Origin: an uncultured cyanobacterium
GTDB taxonomy: Bacteria; Cyanobacteriota; Cyanobacteriia; Pseudanabaenales; Pseudanabaenaceae
Assembly: GCA_963703315.1 (NCBI GenBank)
Contig: OY969811.1
Span: forward strand, 3,328,001-3,392,000
DNA length: 64,000 bases
Direction: 5' to 3'
Part shown: in pieces, positions 62,060 through 64,000 of the stretch
Layout of the letters: the number at the start of each line of letters is the position of its first letter
Position numbering within the stretch: the stretch's first letter is position 1
Notes under the pieces: model-generated
The model's input: the letters and a program-made list of their open reading frames with translations, nothing else
Told to the model about the DNA's origin: nothing
The model's database searches: none
Program-made: the position numbers and the translations under genes

Positions 62060-64000
62060 ATGACGCGCAAATTGTGGGATAGCTATTTAGAATTAGCCTC
62101 AGAATTAAGATTTTTGGATGGAGACAGCGATAAATCTAAAAAACATAAATCTTTCCAATTACCAGGGGCAAAACCTCACTACAATCCCGATCGCCCAGGA
62201 CAGGTTGAGCATATTGCCCTAGATCTAGTTCTCAATATTCCACAGCAATCAATTACTGGAACTTCCAAAATTCGGCTGCGACCTGTACGCGATGGTATTA
62301 CCGATCTGACTTTGGATGCCGTGAATTTACGGATTGACTCCGTAACAATTAGTTCTCAAATCGAAGCAAAGCCCGATCCAGATAAAGCTAAAAGTAAATT
62401 TGATTACGACGGCGAATTTCTTAAAATCTATCTCAATGAACCCACTCAGGCAAATGTGCCAATTGAAATAGCGATCGCCTATGCCGCCGAACAACCTCAA
62501 CGGGGAATTTATTTTGTCCAACCCACCGAGCATCAACCCGATAAACCTACGCAAGTATGGACACAAGGCGAAGATGAAGACTCGCGCTATTGGTTCCCCT
62601 GTTTTGATTATCCTGGGCAATTAGCGACTTCCGAAATTCGGATTCGGGTTCCCAAGGATTTGAACGTAATTTCCAATGGTGAGTTAATTGATGTTCAAGA
62701 ACATAAAAAAGAGAAGACTTATCATTGGTCACAAAAAGAAGTCCATCCTAGCTATTTAATTACTTTAGCGATCGGTGATTTTGTTGAAGTTAAAGATGAA
62801 TGGAAAGGCAAGCCCGTAACTTATTATGTCGATAAGTCGCGCACAGCCGAAGAAGCAATCTTGACGATGGGCAAAACCCCACGCATGATTGAGTTCTTCA
62901 GTCAGAAATATGGCTATGATTATGCATTTCCCAAATATGCACAGGTCTGTGTGGCAGATTTCATTTTTGGCGGCATGGAAAATACTTCCACAACCCTATT
63001 AACCGATCGCTGTGTACTTGATCAAAGAGCCGCCCTTGACAATCGCTCTAGTGAGAGTCTGGTTGCCCATGAGCTAGCCCATCAATGGTTTGGCGATTTA
63101 TTAGTAATCAAGCATTGGTCACACGCATGGGTGAAGGAAGGAGCCGCTACCTACGCGGAAGTTCTCTGGACAGAGCATGAATATGGAGCCGAAGAAGCCG
63201 CCTATTATCGTTTGGGAGAAGCGCGTAATTACATTTCTGAAGATAAAGAACGCTATCGTCGTCCGATCGTTACCCATGTTTATCGCGAAGCGATCGAGCT
63301 ATACGATCGCCATACCTACGAGAAAGGCGGCTGTGTTTATCACATTCTTCGCACAGAGTTAGGCGATGAACTGTTCTGGAAAGCAATTCATCATTTTGTG
63401 CGTACCAATGCCCACAAGACGGTGGAGACGATTGATCTGATTAGAGCGATCGAAGAGGCAACGGGCAAGAATACGCTCCCAATCTTCGATCAATATGTAT
63501 TTCGTGGTGGACATCCTGAATACAAGGTGGGCTATAGCTGGGATGGCGAAAACAACTTGGCAAAAGTCACAGTTTCCCAAACTCAAGATGAGCTATTTGA
63601 TCTCAAGATTCCTATTGGCTTTGGCTTTGAAGAAACTTCAGAAACTTCAGAAACTAAAGTGTTCACAGTGCGCGTGTTTGAGAAGGAACAAGCTTTTTAC
63701 TTCCCATTGAATGGCAAACCCAAATACATCAGCTTCGATCGCCATAACAACTATCTCAAACAAGTCACCCTCGACTATGGGATTGCAGAACTCAAAGCAG
63801 GTTTACAATCCGACCCTGATCCCTTAGCCCGTATCCAAGCTGCGGAAGCATTGGCGAAAAAAGGCGGATTGGAAGCTGTAAAAGCCCTTGGTCAAGCTCT
63901 GTTAGATGAATCATTCTGGGGTGTGCGAGTAGAGATTGCCGAAAATCTTGCCTCCATCAAACTCGATCAAGCCTTTGAAGCTTTAGCGAAAGGTTTAGAA
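62060..64000 (+). CDS. pepN: M1-family aminopeptidase N with C-terminal HEAT-like repeats (runs off the right edge)
   Basis: Own translation: WTQGEDEDSRYWFPCFD, GGMEN, AHELAHQWFG..W..EG, YEKG; absent from the ORF track because it has no stop in the window. Confidence 0.93.
   Translation, partial: MTRKLWDSYLELASELRFLDGDSDKSKKHKSFQLPGAKPHYNPDRPGQVEHIALDLVLNIPQQSITGTSKIRLRPVRDGITDLTLDAVNLRIDSVTISSQIEAKPDPDKAKSKFDYDGEFLKIYLNEPTQANVPIEIAIAYAAEQPQRGIYFVQPTEHQPDKPTQVWTQGEDEDSRYWFPCFDYPGQLATSEIRIRVPKDLNVISNGELIDVQEHKKEKTYHWSQKEVHPSYLITLAIGDFVEVKDEWKGKPVTYYVDKSRTAEEAILTMGKTPRMIEFFSQKYGYDYAFPKYAQVCVADFIFGGMENTSTTLLTDRCVLDQRAALDNRSSESLVAHELAHQWFGDLLVIKHWSHAWVKEGAATYAEVLWTEHEYGAEEAAYYRLGEARNYISEDKERYRRPIVTHVYREAIELYDRHTYEKGGCVYHILRTELGDELFWKAIHHFVRTNAHKTVETIDLIRAIEEATGKNTLPIFDQYVFRGGHPEYKVGYSWDGENNLAKVTVSQTQDELFDLKIPIGFGFEETSETSETKVFTVRVFEKEQAFYFPLNGKPKYISFDRHNNYLKQVTLDYGIAELKAGLQSDPDPLARIQAAEALAKKGGLEAVKALGQALLDESFWGVRVEIAENLASIKLDQAFEALAKGLE

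Noticed and set aside
63631..63658. GAAACTTCA tandem repeat in pepN
   Set aside because: Short in-frame linker expansion (ETSETSETK); no frame disruption

Overview
Chromosomal window from a cyanobacterium. Evidence: very dense HIP1 octamer GCGATCGC, petM, ycf46/ycf35-type operon, Uma2 and pentapeptide proteins; a Pseudanabaena-like origin is inferred, not shown. It is mostly housekeeping genes (hemB, secA, obgE, iscA, cobQ, cbiB/cobD, accB, efp, trx, trpA, menB, plsY, thiE, pepN, tRNA-Thr). Highlights: (1) a candidate programmed -1 ribosomal frameshift at about 56122-56165 (internal SD-like GAGGA, G_GGG_GAG, 6-nt spacer, stem-loop) that would fuse a small ribbon-helix-helix-like ORF to a 300-codon -1 frame with no ATG/GTG/TTG for its first 70 codons; (2) a four-gene, partly translationally coupled DUF11 / outer-membrane barrel / beta-helix-OmpA / Gly-rich DUF11 operon (42.9-53.2 kb) that looks like a dedicated surface-structure export and anchoring system; (3) about 40 intergenic palindromes with GCGAAGC-type loops, often nested in short terminal inverted repeats, whose arms differ between copies but stay symmetric; (4) a PLP decarboxylase fused to ACT-like domains next to an orphan MSMEG_0565-type glycosyltransferase; (5) small ORFs absent from or mis-started in the ORF track, and an IS1595-like remnant between direct repeats beside the tRNA. 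All calls come from reading the sequence only; no database searches were run.
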